Shown: piece by piece, positions 28,611 through 37,598 of the stretch
Layout of the letters: each line of letters begins with the position of its first letter
Position numbering within the stretch: position 1 is the stretch's first letter
DNA from: Verrucomicrobiota bacterium
GTDB taxonomy: Bacteria; Verrucomicrobiota; Verrucomicrobiia; Limisphaerales; UBA8199
Reading direction: 5' to 3'
Assembly (NCBI GenBank): GCA_039806935.1
Contig: JBDHQH010000004.1
Coordinates: 8,027-72,026 of the forward strand
DNA length: 64,000 bases
Made by a program: the position numbers and the translations under genes
The notes under the pieces: generated by a model
Seen by the model: the letters and a program-made list of their open reading frames with translations, nothing else
What the model was told of the DNA's origin: nothing
Database searches by the model: none

Positions 28611-29738
28611 ATGCGGTTGCTCGACCGTTATCTGCTGCGCGAGTTGCTCGTCCCGCTGGGCTATTGCCTCGGCGGGTTTCTGATTTTCTGGGCGGCTTTC
28701 GACCTGTTTGCCAATCTGGGCGATCTTCAGCAAAAGCACCTGAGCCTGCTCGAGATCGGACACTATTATCTCGTCCGAACGCCGGAATTACTGGTGCTGG
28801 TGCTGCCCGTGGCGTTGTTGCTGGCTTTGCTGTACACCCTGACCAACCATTCGCGCCATAACGAGATCACCGCGATCCGCGCCGCCGGGGTGAGTCTGTG
28901 GCGGCTGTCGCTGCCTTACTTCGCGGCCGGCTTGCTGGCCAGCGTGGCGTTGTTCGTCATGAACGAGTTCTGGGTGCCGGACAGCGCCGAGGCGGCGGAG
29001 CAAATCCGGATGCGCCATGTGGCGCCGCTGCCGGGAGCGGGATCGCGAAATGAGGCGCGGAACTTCGGGTTCACCAATTCGCGGGACGGCCGGGTGTGGC
29101 GTATCGGGGTATATGATTTGGACACCTCGGTGATGATCAACCCGCAAGTGGTTTGGCGGCAGCCGGACGGCTCGCGGCTCTGGCTGTACGCGGAGCGGGC
29201 GGTGCGGACGAACGGTCTCTGGGTTTTTATCAAAGCACGCGAATACCGCGAGGGCCCGCAGGCTGGCGCCCTGCTGACGCCGCTCTCGCGGACGAACGCG
29301 CTGCCCCTGCCGGAATTCTCCGAAACCCCCGAGCAAATCCGCAGCGAGGTTAAAATCAGCAGCCGCCTCTCGTTGCGCGGAGCGCGCCGACCGGACATCC
29401 CGCTGCGGGAAATCTTTGATTATTTGCGGCTGCATCCGGGCGCGGCAGAATCGGAGGACGGCCCCTGGCTGCAGACCAAGTTGCACGGACGCCTGGCCGC
29501 GCCGTGGACCTGCCTGGTAGTGGTGGTGATCGCCCTGCCCTTCGGAGCCGCCTCGGGGCGGCGAAACGTATTTGTGGGGGTGGCGGGAAGCGTGCTGATC
29601 TGTTTCACGTTTTTCGTGTTGCAGCAGCTCTGCCTGGCGCTGGGCAGCGGCGGCTACCTGCCGGCCTGGGCGGCCGGCTGGCTGCCGAACGCGGCGTTCG
29701 GGACCGCGGGCGTGTGGCTCACTGCGCGGGTCCGCTGA
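28611..29738 (+). CDS. LptF/LptG (YjgP/YjgQ) family LPS export permease
   Basis: N-terminus MRLLDRYLLRELLVPL is the family signature. Architecture is TM segments, a periplasmic beta-jellyroll, then more TM segments. Confidence 0.8.
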   Translation: MRLLDRYLLRELLVPLGYCLGGFLIFWAAFDLFANLGDLQQKHLSLLEIGHYYLVRTPELLVLVLPVALLLALLYTLTNHSRHNEITAIRAAGVSLWRLSLPYFAAGLLASVALFVMNEFWVPDSAEAAEQIRMRHVAPLPGAGSRNEARNFGFTNSRDGRVWRIGVYDLDTSVMINPQVVWRQPDGSRLWLYAERAVRTNGLWVFIKAREYREGPQAGALLTPLSRTNALPLPEFSETPEQIRSEVKISSRLSLRGARRPDIPLREIFDYLRLHPGAAESEDGPWLQTKLHGRLAAPWTCLVVVVIALPFGAASGRRNVFVGVAGSVLICFTFFVLQQLCLALGSGGYLPAWAAGWLPNAAFGTAGVWLTARVR

Positions 29739-29748
29739 AGGAGGGCGA

Positions 29749-31461
29749 ATGGGTAGCGAACTGGCCAGACTACGGCGCAAGCTCGAGCGGCTGGAGCGGT
29801 TGCGCCAGGTCGGTGACGTCCTTCATTCCACACTCGAGCCGCAAGCTGCGCTGCAACGCATCGTAGCTGAAGCGGCGCGATTGGTGGACGCCTCATCCGC
29901 CTTGGCGGCCCTGCTCAATCCCCTGACCGGCCTGCTCGAGATTCACGCTGCCTCCATCCCGCTCCCGGCAGCGGGACGGAACCTGCGGGTCGGCGAGGGC
30001 TTCCTCGGCGCGGTGGCGCGCGCGGGTCGGCCGCTTCGCGTGGCTGACTTCTCCCGCGATTCGCGCTGGACGACGCCGCGACCGGGCGCGCGCTCGGCGC
30101 TGGCGGCGCCGCTCGAGGTGGCGGGGGAGGTGCGCGGGGTCTTGGGGGTGGATGCAGACCGGCCCGATGCTTTCAGCGCGGAGGATCAGCGCCTGCTCGA
30201 GGAGCTGGCGGCCGTGGCCGCGCGGGCGATCCACCATACCTGGCTGTACGAGCAACTCCGCCTGCGAGCGCGACTCCTCGAGTCTCTGGCCGGGATCAGC
30301 CGCGCCCTCAACTCGACCTTAAACCTCGAGGATTCCCTGGCGGCGATCACCCGCGAGGCCTGCGCCCTGATGCGCGGCAAAATGTCGTCGATCCGGCTGC
30401 TGGATGAGACCGGCGCCTGGCTCGATCTGCGAGCGAGCTTTGGCGCGGGGCCCGCGTATCTCGCCCGCGCGCGGCTCAGCCTGACCGAGAGTTTTTTGGG
30501 AGTGGTGGTCCGACGCCGCAAGGCTTCGCAACTCGGCAACGCGCAGACCTCGACCCAATACCAAAACGCTGAGATGGCGCGGCGCGAGGGAGTATTCGCG
30601 CTGGCCGCGGCGCCGTTGATCTCCGGCGATCGGGCGCTCGGGGTGCTGTCCGTTTACACCGCGGTCCCCTATGTGTTTTCCAACGAGGAAATCCAGACCT
30701 TGAACGCGCTGGCCGAATTGGCCGGCGCCGCGATCGAGAAGGCCCGGCTGTACGGACGGGTGCTGGACGCCGAGGAACAGCTCCGCCGCAACGAAAAACT
30801 CTCCGCGCTGGGATTGATCGCCGCCGAGGTGGCCCATGAGATTCGCAATCCCCTGACGGTGATGAAACTGCTGTATCACTCGCTGGATTTGCGGTTCCCG
30901 CCCGGCGATCCGCGGGATCGCGACGCCCGGATTCTAGGCGAAAAGATGGAGCAGCTAAACCGCATCGTAGAACGCATTCTGGACTTGGCGCGCCCCCCCG
31001 AGTCGGAGCGGGCGCCCGTGGATCTCAACGCTCTGGTCGAGGAACTTGGGCTGCTCGTGCGGCACAAATTAAGCCAGCGGAAGATCGAATGGCGCTGCCG
31101 GCTGCTGCCGGATCTGCCGCGCATTCAAGGCGCGGCCGCCCCGCTGGAGCAAGCGCTTCTCAACCTGGCGCTCAACGCGGCCGAAGCCATGCCGGATGGC
31201 GGCGCGTTGGAGATCCGCACCCGGGTAGCGCCCGGCCGGGGCCCGCGGCGCGTGCAGCTCGAAGTCCGCGACAACGGCCGCGGCATGAGCGAGGCCCAGC
31301 GGCGAAGCGCGAGCGCATCCCTGCTGGCCTCGGGCAAACCGGGTGGAACCGGTTTGGGGCTGCACCTGGTCCGGCGCGTGGTGGAGGCGCACCAAGGCCG
31401 GCTCCAGATCCGCTCCTCCCCCGGCCGCGGCACCAGCATCATCCTTTCATTCCCGGTTTAA
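29749..31461 (+). CDS. Cytoplasmic tandem-GAF sensor histidine kinase
   Basis: Two GAF-like regions, H-box AAEVAHEIRNPL, and N/G boxes LNLALNAAEAMPDGG and GGTGLGLHLV. Confidence 0.8.
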   Translation: MGSELARLRRKLERLERLRQVGDVLHSTLEPQAALQRIVAEAARLVDASSALAALLNPLTGLLEIHAASIPLPAAGRNLRVGEGFLGAVARAGRPLRVADFSRDSRWTTPRPGARSALAAPLEVAGEVRGVLGVDADRPDAFSAEDQRLLEELAAVAARAIHHTWLYEQLRLRARLLESLAGISRALNSTLNLEDSLAAITREACALMRGKMSSIRLLDETGAWLDLRASFGAGPAYLARARLSLTESFLGVVVRRRKASQLGNAQTSTQYQNAEMARREGVFALAAAPLISGDRALGVLSVYTAVPYVFSNEEIQTLNALAELAGAAIEKARLYGRVLDAEEQLRRNEKLSALGLIAAEVAHEIRNPLTVMKLLYHSLDLRFPPGDPRDRDARILGEKMEQLNRIVERILDLARPPESERAPVDLNALVEELGLLVRHKLSQRKIEWRCRLLPDLPRIQGAAAPLEQALLNLALNAAEAMPDGGALEIRTRVAPGRGPRRVQLEVRDNGRGMSEAQRRSASASLLASGKPGGTGLGLHLVRRVVEAHQGRLQIRSSPGRGTSIILSFPV

Positions 31462-32768
31462 CCCGTGCCAGGCCGGCCTGGCTGCGCTTCCTCGCTCGGG
31501 TCAGCCGCAGGCAACTCCAGCCAAAAACAAGCGCCCTCACCCGCCGCCGATTGCACGCCGACCGTTCCGCCCATCCGCTCGACCGCCTTGCGCACAATGG
31601 CCAGGCCGATTCCGGTGCCGGGGTATTCCTCCGCGCCGACCAGCCGGGTGAACGGTTGAAAGAGCTTCCGCTGGTGCTGCGGCTTGATGCCAATGCCGTT
31701 GTCCCGCACGCAGATCCGCACGAACGAATCGCGCTGCTCGGTCCAGACTTGAACCCGGGCCGGCGTTTGCGGCTGGGTGAACTTGAGCGCGTTGCCCAGC
31801 AGATTTGAAAGCGCCTGCTCGAGCAGGATGGGGCTGCCCTGGACCGATCGCAGCGGCAGCCGCAGGTTCACTTCCGCCCCCGCGGCCTCGATCTCCAACC
31901 GCAACGGCAGTATGACGCGCGTCAGAACCTCCCCCACCTGGACCGATTCCGAAGTCAGCTCGCTCGTGCTCAGCCGGCCCAGGCGCAGCAAGTCGAGTAT
32001 CAACTGATCCATGCGCGCCGCCGCCGAGGCGATGCGCGTCAGGTAATCCCGGCCTTCCTCGTCCAAATGCTCCTCATAGCGCGAGCTCAACTGGCGGCTG
32101 AATCCCCCCAAGGCGCGCAGCGGCGCCCGCAGGTCGTGCGCAATCGTGTAACAAAATCCATCCAACACCTTGATGGTTTCCTGCAATTGTTCGGTGCGCT
32201 CCCGCACCCGCGCCTCCAGGCTTTCGGCGTATCCCTGAAGCCGGGCTTGCGCCTCCGCCAGCGCGCGCTCCGACGCTTTCTTTTCGGTGATGTCCCGGGC
32301 CACTTTCGAAGCTCCGATTATTCTCCCGCTCGCGTCCTTGATCGGCGAGATGGCCACCGACATATCCACGATCCGGCCATCTTTGCGCCGCCGCCGCGTT
32401 TCAAAATGCGGTATTCGCTCACCCCGCCGGATCTTGCCCAGGATCGCCACCTCCTCGCCGTAAAGGTCGGGCGGAAAAATCCGGGTGATGTGCTCCCCAA
32501 TCATTTCCGAAGCCAGATAGCCGAAACATATTTCCGCCCCGTGGTTCCAACTGGTTACCACGCCATCCAGGGTCTTGCCGATGATGGGATCGTCCGAAGT
32601 CTCGATGATGGCCGCCAAACGCGCCTCGGCCTCCCGCGCCCGCCGGTCGTCCTCAGGTTCAGCCAGCCGCCCGCGAGGCTCCTCGTCACGGCGTCGGGCC
32701 AGAAGACGTTCGGCCCCGGTGCTCGCCCGCACCGCCGGATGAATTCTTGAATTCCCCATTCCTCGCAC
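31458..32768 (-). CDS. PAS-domain sensor histidine kinase
   Basis: PAS region (IIGKTLDGVVTSWNHGAE...RRRKDGRIVDMSV), H-box YTIAHDLRAPL and G-box GTGIGLAIV. Its stop overlaps the stop of the convergent GAF kinase gene. Confidence 0.8.
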   Translation of the reverse strand: MRGMGNSRIHPAVRASTGAERLLARRRDEEPRGRLAEPEDDRRAREAEARLAAIIETSDDPIIGKTLDGVVTSWNHGAEICFGYLASEMIGEHITRIFPPDLYGEEVAILGKIRRGERIPHFETRRRRKDGRIVDMSVAISPIKDASGRIIGASKVARDITEKKASERALAEAQARLQGYAESLEARVRERTEQLQETIKVLDGFCYTIAHDLRAPLRALGGFSRQLSSRYEEHLDEEGRDYLTRIASAAARMDQLILDLLRLGRLSTSELTSESVQVGEVLTRVILPLRLEIEAAGAEVNLRLPLRSVQGSPILLEQALSNLLGNALKFTQPQTPARVQVWTEQRDSFVRICVRDNGIGIKPQHQRKLFQPFTRLVGAEEYPGTGIGLAIVRKAVERMGGTVGVQSAAGEGACFWLELPAADPSEEAQPGRPGTG

Positions 32769-32923
32769 CTCAAAACAACGGCGCGGAAGGCGGAGCGAAA
32801 TCCTTCCGGTCGTGGCGCACTAACTGGGGCCGCATCATATCCTGTGCCAGGATAAACCGCGCTGCCGGGAGCTCGCGAGTAGGTGTTACCCTTGTCGGCC
32901 GGAGGACCTGCAATTTAGACGAA

Positions 32924-33781
32924 CTAATTATTTCCGACCGGGTAGCCCGCCAGTGCCATGACCTCGCCGGCTTCCCGCAGAAATAGCTCCAGCACTTCGG
33001 GCGGCATCTCGTCGCGGTGCGATCCCACCGCGCCCCGCCGGACGAACATCTTGTCTTTGGGCCATTCCTTGCTCTCCCAGCCCAGCACCCGTTCACGCTG
33101 CTGCAGATTCTCAAAGGACGCGTTCTCCACCGCCCGCTCCAGTTCGGCCCGGCTCCGGTCGAGTTGCGCAAACTCGCACATCCGGCCCAACTCGCCTGCC
33201 GCGTCTTGCTTCAAATCTTCGTACCGCACGACGATCATGTCGCACTGAAAAGGGTTGGCCAGCCATTGCCGGACGTGGTCATGCCACTTGCAGGGGAAAA
33301 ACATTTCACCACTGATAATCATCCGGCTCCAGTCCCCCGTGTCCGGGTAGAGCGCTCGCAAAAAATGACGGTAGGAGACCATCACGTCCCGTCCGTCGCG
33401 CAGCAAATAGATGACCCGCTTCGCGGCGGGCTCCGGCAGGGCGTGGGATTTGTAGAACATGGGGGCGCCGTGCCGCCGAAAGAACCTCGGCTTATGCACC
33501 GAGGGAACCAGATCGCGGATCAACGAGTCGGGGGTGCGCCGCACGTCCACTCCATACACCGCGCCCGCCAGGAGCGCGCCGACCCAGGTGTTGCCGGATT
33601 TCGGATAGCCAACCACAAAGATGTCGCTCTCGAGGTATTCCCCGATGCGCGAGAACCCCTCGGGCTGGCCCTCCGCGGCGGCGGAGGTGGGTCGCCGTCC
33701 GATCGGGGTAGCCCGACCGCTCGTTGGCTTTCGTGTCCAGGCCGGAGCCAGGAACTCCAGATCTTTTCCAAAAAACTTCAT
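32924..33781 (-). CDS. PAPS-dependent sulfotransferase (Sulfotransfer_1-like)
   Basis: 5'-PSB-like GYPKSGNTWVGALL and 3'-PB-like FVRRGAVGSHRDEM motifs. ATG at 33781 (MKFFGKDLE) preferred over the TTG at 34015, whose N-terminal extension is Arg/Gly-rich. Confidence 0.7.
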   Translation of the reverse strand: MKFFGKDLEFLAPAWTRKPTSGRATPIGRRPTSAAAEGQPEGFSRIGEYLESDIFVVGYPKSGNTWVGALLAGAVYGVDVRRTPDSLIRDLVPSVHKPRFFRRHGAPMFYKSHALPEPAAKRVIYLLRDGRDVMVSYRHFLRALYPDTGDWSRMIISGEMFFPCKWHDHVRQWLANPFQCDMIVVRYEDLKQDAAGELGRMCEFAQLDRSRAELERAVENASFENLQQRERVLGWESKEWPKDKMFVRRGAVGSHRDEMPPEVLELFLREAGEVMALAGYPVGNN

Positions 33782-33918
33782 TCCTTTAAAGGTGGTTCCG
33801 AAGCTTGCCGCCGCCGACGAAACGAGGCCATCGCCAACTCGTACCTTGTTTACAACCCGCTCCGTCGGCGGCTGACTGCCGGGACTCTGCTCACGCCGGC
33901 CCCGACCTCCGGATCGAT

Positions 33919-33934
33919 AGCTGGCGCCATGCCA
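33919..33934 (-). promoter_or_regulatory. Candidate sigma-54 (-24/-12) promoter upstream of the sulfotransferase gene
   Basis: The minus strand reads TGGCATGGCGCCAGCT, that is GG-N10-GC spacing. Consensus is TGGCACG-N4-TTGCW. It lies about 138 nt upstream of the proposed ATG at 33781. Confidence 0.3.
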
Positions 33935-34065
33935 GCCAATCGCCACATCCCTGAAAAGCGATTTCTGGGGACATTTACGCCGCGTTCCCTCTCCGGACGG
34001 CTCCGGGTGGAACAATTTAAATCTGCCGCAGATTCAACGAGTGCCAACGTTCCCCGCGGGCGAAC

Positions 34066-35505
34066 TCAGCGGTTCTCGTTTCGCTCCGCTTCCTCGCGTC
34101 CCGGGTGGAGCCCGAGGGCGATGAGCTTTTCCCGCATTTTCAACCGGGTGACCCCCAGCCAGCGCGCCGCCTTGGCCTGGTTGCCGCCGGCCAACTGAAT
34201 CGCCTGGGTGAAGAGTTCCGGTTCGAGATCCGTGATCATCTGGCCGTACGCGCCCTGAGCTTCACCGCGCTGAACGCGCCCGAGCAGGTTCGTGATGTAC
34301 GCGGCGTGACTCTGGCCCCCCATCCCGCGCGCGCCGCGGCTATGACCCACCGCGGCCTGGACGTGCTCCAGCCCCACCGGAAAGGGCCGGGCCGCCAGCA
34401 ACGCCTGGCGCACCACGTTTTCCAATTCCCGAATGTTTCCCGGCCACCGTTGCGTTTGCAGCCAGGCGACGGCCTCCGCCTGGATCGAAGGATCCGGCAC
34501 CCCGAACTCCGGCGCGTAACGGCGAATAAAGTATCTCACCAGCTCCGGAATGTCCTCGGCCCGTTCATTCAGGGTGGGCAACCGCAAGGTGACCACGCTC
34601 AACCGATAGAAAAGGTCCTCGCGGAATTCCCGCTCTTGAATCGCCGCCTCCAGATCGCGATGGGTGGCCGCCAGCACCCGCGTGTCCACCCGCAACACCT
34701 CGTCGCCGCCCACTCGCTGAACGCTCTTTTCCTGCAGCACCCGCAAAAGCTTGGCCTGGGTGCTGAAGGAGAGATCGCCTATCTCATCCAAAAAAATGGT
34801 GCCTCCCTGGGCCTGCTCGAAACGGCCGATGCGGCGCGCCAGAGCGCCGGTGAAACTCCCGCGCTCATGTCCGAAAAGCTCGCTCTCGAGCAGATTCTCC
34901 GGAATGGCCGCGCAGTTGACCGCGATGAATGGCTTGTCCGCCCGGTCGCTGTGCTGGTAGATCGCCCGCGCGATCAATTCCTTGCCGGTGCCCGTCTCGC
35001 CGCGGATCAACACCGTGACCGGGGTGGCGGCGACACGCCCGATTTCCTTGTAGATGTTTTGCATCTGACGGCTGTTGCCGACCAGCGCCTGGGCCGAGGA
35101 ACCGCCGGCGCCAACTTCGACCGTTTCGGACATCAGCCGCGACCCGGCCACGGCCTTGGCCGTCAGATCGAGCAACTCGTCGGCCTCGAACGGTTTGACC
35201 AGGTACTCGCAGGCGCCGAACTTCATCGCCTCGATGGCCGTGTCCGTCGTGCCGTGCGCGGTCATCAAAATGATCGGCAGCTTGGGCCGCGCGCGATGCA
35301 GCTCCCGCACCAAATCCAGGCCGCTCAAACCCGGCAGCCGCAGATCCGTGAGCACCAGGTCGCAGGGACGCGACTCGGCGAGGCGCAACCCCTCGTCGCC
35401 CCGCCCGCAGGTGGTCACCACATAGCCTTCCTCCTCGAGCACCTTCCGCAAGGCGGACGAGGTGCCGGGGTCGTCTTCAATCAGTAATAGTCGCGCTGGT
35501 TTCAT
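34066..35505 (-). CDS. NtrC-family sigma-54-dependent response regulator (bacterial enhancer-binding protein)
   Basis: Receiver (LLLIEDDP, DLVLTDLRLPG), an AAA+ sigma-54 interaction module (GETGTGKE, ESELFGHERGSFTGA) and a C-terminal Fis-type HTH (NQAKAARWLGVTRLKMREKL). Confidence 0.9.
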   Translation of the reverse strand: MKPARLLLIEDDPGTSSALRKVLEEEGYVVTTCGRGDEGLRLAESRPCDLVLTDLRLPGLSGLDLVRELHRARPKLPIILMTAHGTTDTAIEAMKFGACEYLVKPFEADELLDLTAKAVAGSRLMSETVEVGAGGSSAQALVGNSRQMQNIYKEIGRVAATPVTVLIRGETGTGKELIARAIYQHSDRADKPFIAVNCAAIPENLLESELFGHERGSFTGALARRIGRFEQAQGGTIFLDEIGDLSFSTQAKLLRVLQEKSVQRVGGDEVLRVDTRVLAATHRDLEAAIQEREFREDLFYRLSVVTLRLPTLNERAEDIPELVRYFIRRYAPEFGVPDPSIQAEAVAWLQTQRWPGNIRELENVVRQALLAARPFPVGLEHVQAAVGHSRGARGMGGQSHAAYITNLLGRVQRGEAQGAYGQMITDLEPELFTQAIQLAGGNQAKAARWLGVTRLKMREKLIALGLHPGREEAERNENR

Positions 35506-36982
35506 GCTCCACAATGGGCAGCGCCACCTCAAAAGTGGTGCCGCGATTGGATTCCGTTTCGTATCTCAGGATGCCCCCGTGCAGCTCCACAATCCGGGCC
35601 GCAATCGCCAGGCCCAGACCGGTGCCGCCCTCCTTGGTCGTGAAAAACGGGTCGAATAGCCGCGCCTCGACCTCAGGCGGAATGCCGTTGCCGCTGTCCG
35701 CCACGCTCAGAATGGCCACGGACTTGACCCGGCGGCCCAACTGGGCCTCGCCGGCGCGCAAATGCAGCGCGATCACTCCGTTGCGTCCGATGGCATCCGC
35801 GGCGTTCTGAATCAGATTGATCAGCACCTGCTTCATTTGCTGTTCGTCGGCCAGCACCCACACTCCGTCGGCGGCGCTCAAGGTCAGTTGAATTCCCGAC
35901 CGTTGAAACTGGCCTTTGAGGAAGTCATGGGCGTCCGCCAGAAGCTTTTGGGCCGGGACCGGGGCCAGCGCCGGGTCGGACGGGCGGGCAAAACGCAGCA
36001 CGTCTTTTACAATCCGCTCAAGCCGGTTGATCTCCTCGGCAATGGTGGTCACATCCTCGTCTTCCGCCAGCGCCGGGGTGGTTTTCCTCAGGCTGAAGAG
36101 CCGGAATTTGATGGCCGTCAGGGGATTGCGAATTTCATGCGCCACTCCAGACGCCAGCACCCCGAGGGAAGCGAGTTTCTCCTGGCGTTCGATGACTCTG
36201 CTGCTCTGGGCTAGTCCTTTGCGCAGGGGCGCGATCATCCCGCGATACACCAGCCAGGCGAGCGTCCCGGCCAGCAGGAGAATCAAAATCGAACTCCCGC
36301 GCAGCAGACGCTGATGATCGGCCAGCGTGCTCTGAGTCGAGGCCAGAAATTCGGTGAACCCCTGGCGCTGCAGCTCGAGCAGTTGATTGCACAAAATCAG
36401 CAATTCCGCCGAGGCGGATTGCACGCGCTGAAACGTCGCTTCGAAGCCGCGCGGATCCTCGGGCGCGCCGCCGTGATCGAAAATGACGGCCGTCTGCACC
36501 AAGTACGTTTCGAAGCTGCGCCGCACCTTGCCCAGCAGCTCCAGGTCGCTGTCCAAACCAATCCGCCGGACCAGCCGTAATCCGGCCAATTCCCCGAGCT
36601 CGGCCTGGTTGGCGCGCATCAGCCGGAGCAACTCCTCGGCCTCGGTCGCAAACCCCTCCCGCGCCTGAGGATCCTTGCTCAGCGCGTATTGCAACAATTT
36701 GCCGTTAAGGCTGCGCACGGAACTGCGCAGCGTCACGCCGAGATAAAAACTCTCGCTCTTGACCGCCGCATGATCCTTCTGCAGACGCTCGAGCTGGTTC
36801 CAGGTCGTCCGCGTGACCCAACCCACCACGAGGCTGCCAATGACCACCACGAGAATGAAACCAAGGAACCGCACTTTGACGGGCTGGCCCAGCCGGGTGA
36901 TACGTCGAAAGCCTCCGGTGGAATGTTTTGTTCCACTCATACTTTCATTGCCGGCCCGCGGCGTCCGAAACACCCTGTTCAC
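35477..36982 (-). CDS. Membrane sensor histidine kinase, cognate to the NtrC-family regulator
   Basis: Two TM helices flank a sensing region of about 170 aa. H-box SGVAHEIRNPL and G-box GTGLGLAIA. Its 3' end overlaps the regulator start by 29 nt. The start may instead be the ATG at 36940. Confidence 0.85.
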   Translation of the reverse strand: MNRVFRTPRAGNESMSGTKHSTGGFRRITRLGQPVKVRFLGFILVVVIGSLVVGWVTRTTWNQLERLQKDHAAVKSESFYLGVTLRSSVRSLNGKLLQYALSKDPQAREGFATEAEELLRLMRANQAELGELAGLRLVRRIGLDSDLELLGKVRRSFETYLVQTAVIFDHGGAPEDPRGFEATFQRVQSASAELLILCNQLLELQRQGFTEFLASTQSTLADHQRLLRGSSILILLLAGTLAWLVYRGMIAPLRKGLAQSSRVIERQEKLASLGVLASGVAHEIRNPLTAIKFRLFSLRKTTPALAEDEDVTTIAEEINRLERIVKDVLRFARPSDPALAPVPAQKLLADAHDFLKGQFQRSGIQLTLSAADGVWVLADEQQMKQVLINLIQNAADAIGRNGVIALHLRAGEAQLGRRVKSVAILSVADSGNGIPPEVEARLFDPFFTTKEGGTGLGLAIAARIVELHGGILRYETESNRGTTFEVALPIVEHETSATITD

Positions 36983-37010
36983 CAGGCAAAATCCTGCCTT
37001 CCCGGGTCCT

Positions 37011-37026
37011 TGGCACGCTTCAGGCT
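37011..37026 (+). promoter_or_regulatory. Candidate sigma-54 (-24/-12) promoter upstream of the receiver/trehalose operon
   Basis: TGGCACGCTTCAGGCT: exact TGGCACG at -24 and GG-N10-GC spacing. It lies about 140 nt upstream of ATG 37167 and is divergent from the NtrB/NtrC-like operon. Confidence 0.35.
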
Positions 37027-37166
37027 CTTTCAGGCAGCCGTCCCAACGTTGGACATCGCGATTTTATGCAAGGCGGCTGCCATCACAAGATAACCAGTTT
37101 GAACGCCGGGTGTCAGGATAATTATTTCCCGGCAGGGGGGGCTGGCGAACTCCGCGCCCGTGTGCC

Positions 37167-37589
37167 ATGAGCCCGCGCATTCTCCTCGTCGATGATGACC
37201 CGTCCGTGCGAGCGGCGCTGGGCCGGGTGCTTCAGGATCTCGGTCACCCCGTCACCGCGGCGGGCGACGGCGAGCAGGGCCTCGCCGAGCTCCAGCGCGG
37301 ATCCTTCGATCTGCTGATCCTGGATTTGGATCTGCCGCGGCTCGGCGGGATCGAAATTTTGCGGCGAATTCGCACCGCCTGGCCGCTCCTGCCGGTCGTG
37401 ATTCTCTCCGGCCTGCTCGGCCGCTGTCCCGCGGGGGATCTGGCCGCCGCGGATGCCTGCCTCGAGAAGCCGCCCGAGGTGCCGGCGCTGTTAAAAATCA
37501 TTTCGGCGCTGTTGCAGGAAACGCCCGAGCAGCGCATGCGGCGCGCGCGCGCCCGTCGCGCCGGGGCGGCGCCGGCGGTTCTTCGTTAA
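37167..37589 (+). CDS. Stand-alone response-regulator receiver protein
   Basis: ILLVDDDPSV and DLLILDLDLPRLGG motifs. 140 aa with no output domain. Lies 9 nt upstream of the trehalose gene. Confidence 0.8.
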   Translation: MSPRILLVDDDPSVRAALGRVLQDLGHPVTAAGDGEQGLAELQRGSFDLLILDLDLPRLGGIEILRRIRTAWPLLPVVILSGLLGRCPAGDLAAADACLEKPPEVPALLKIISALLQETPEQRMRRARARRAGAAPAVLR

Positions 37590-37598
37590 ATTTTTATT

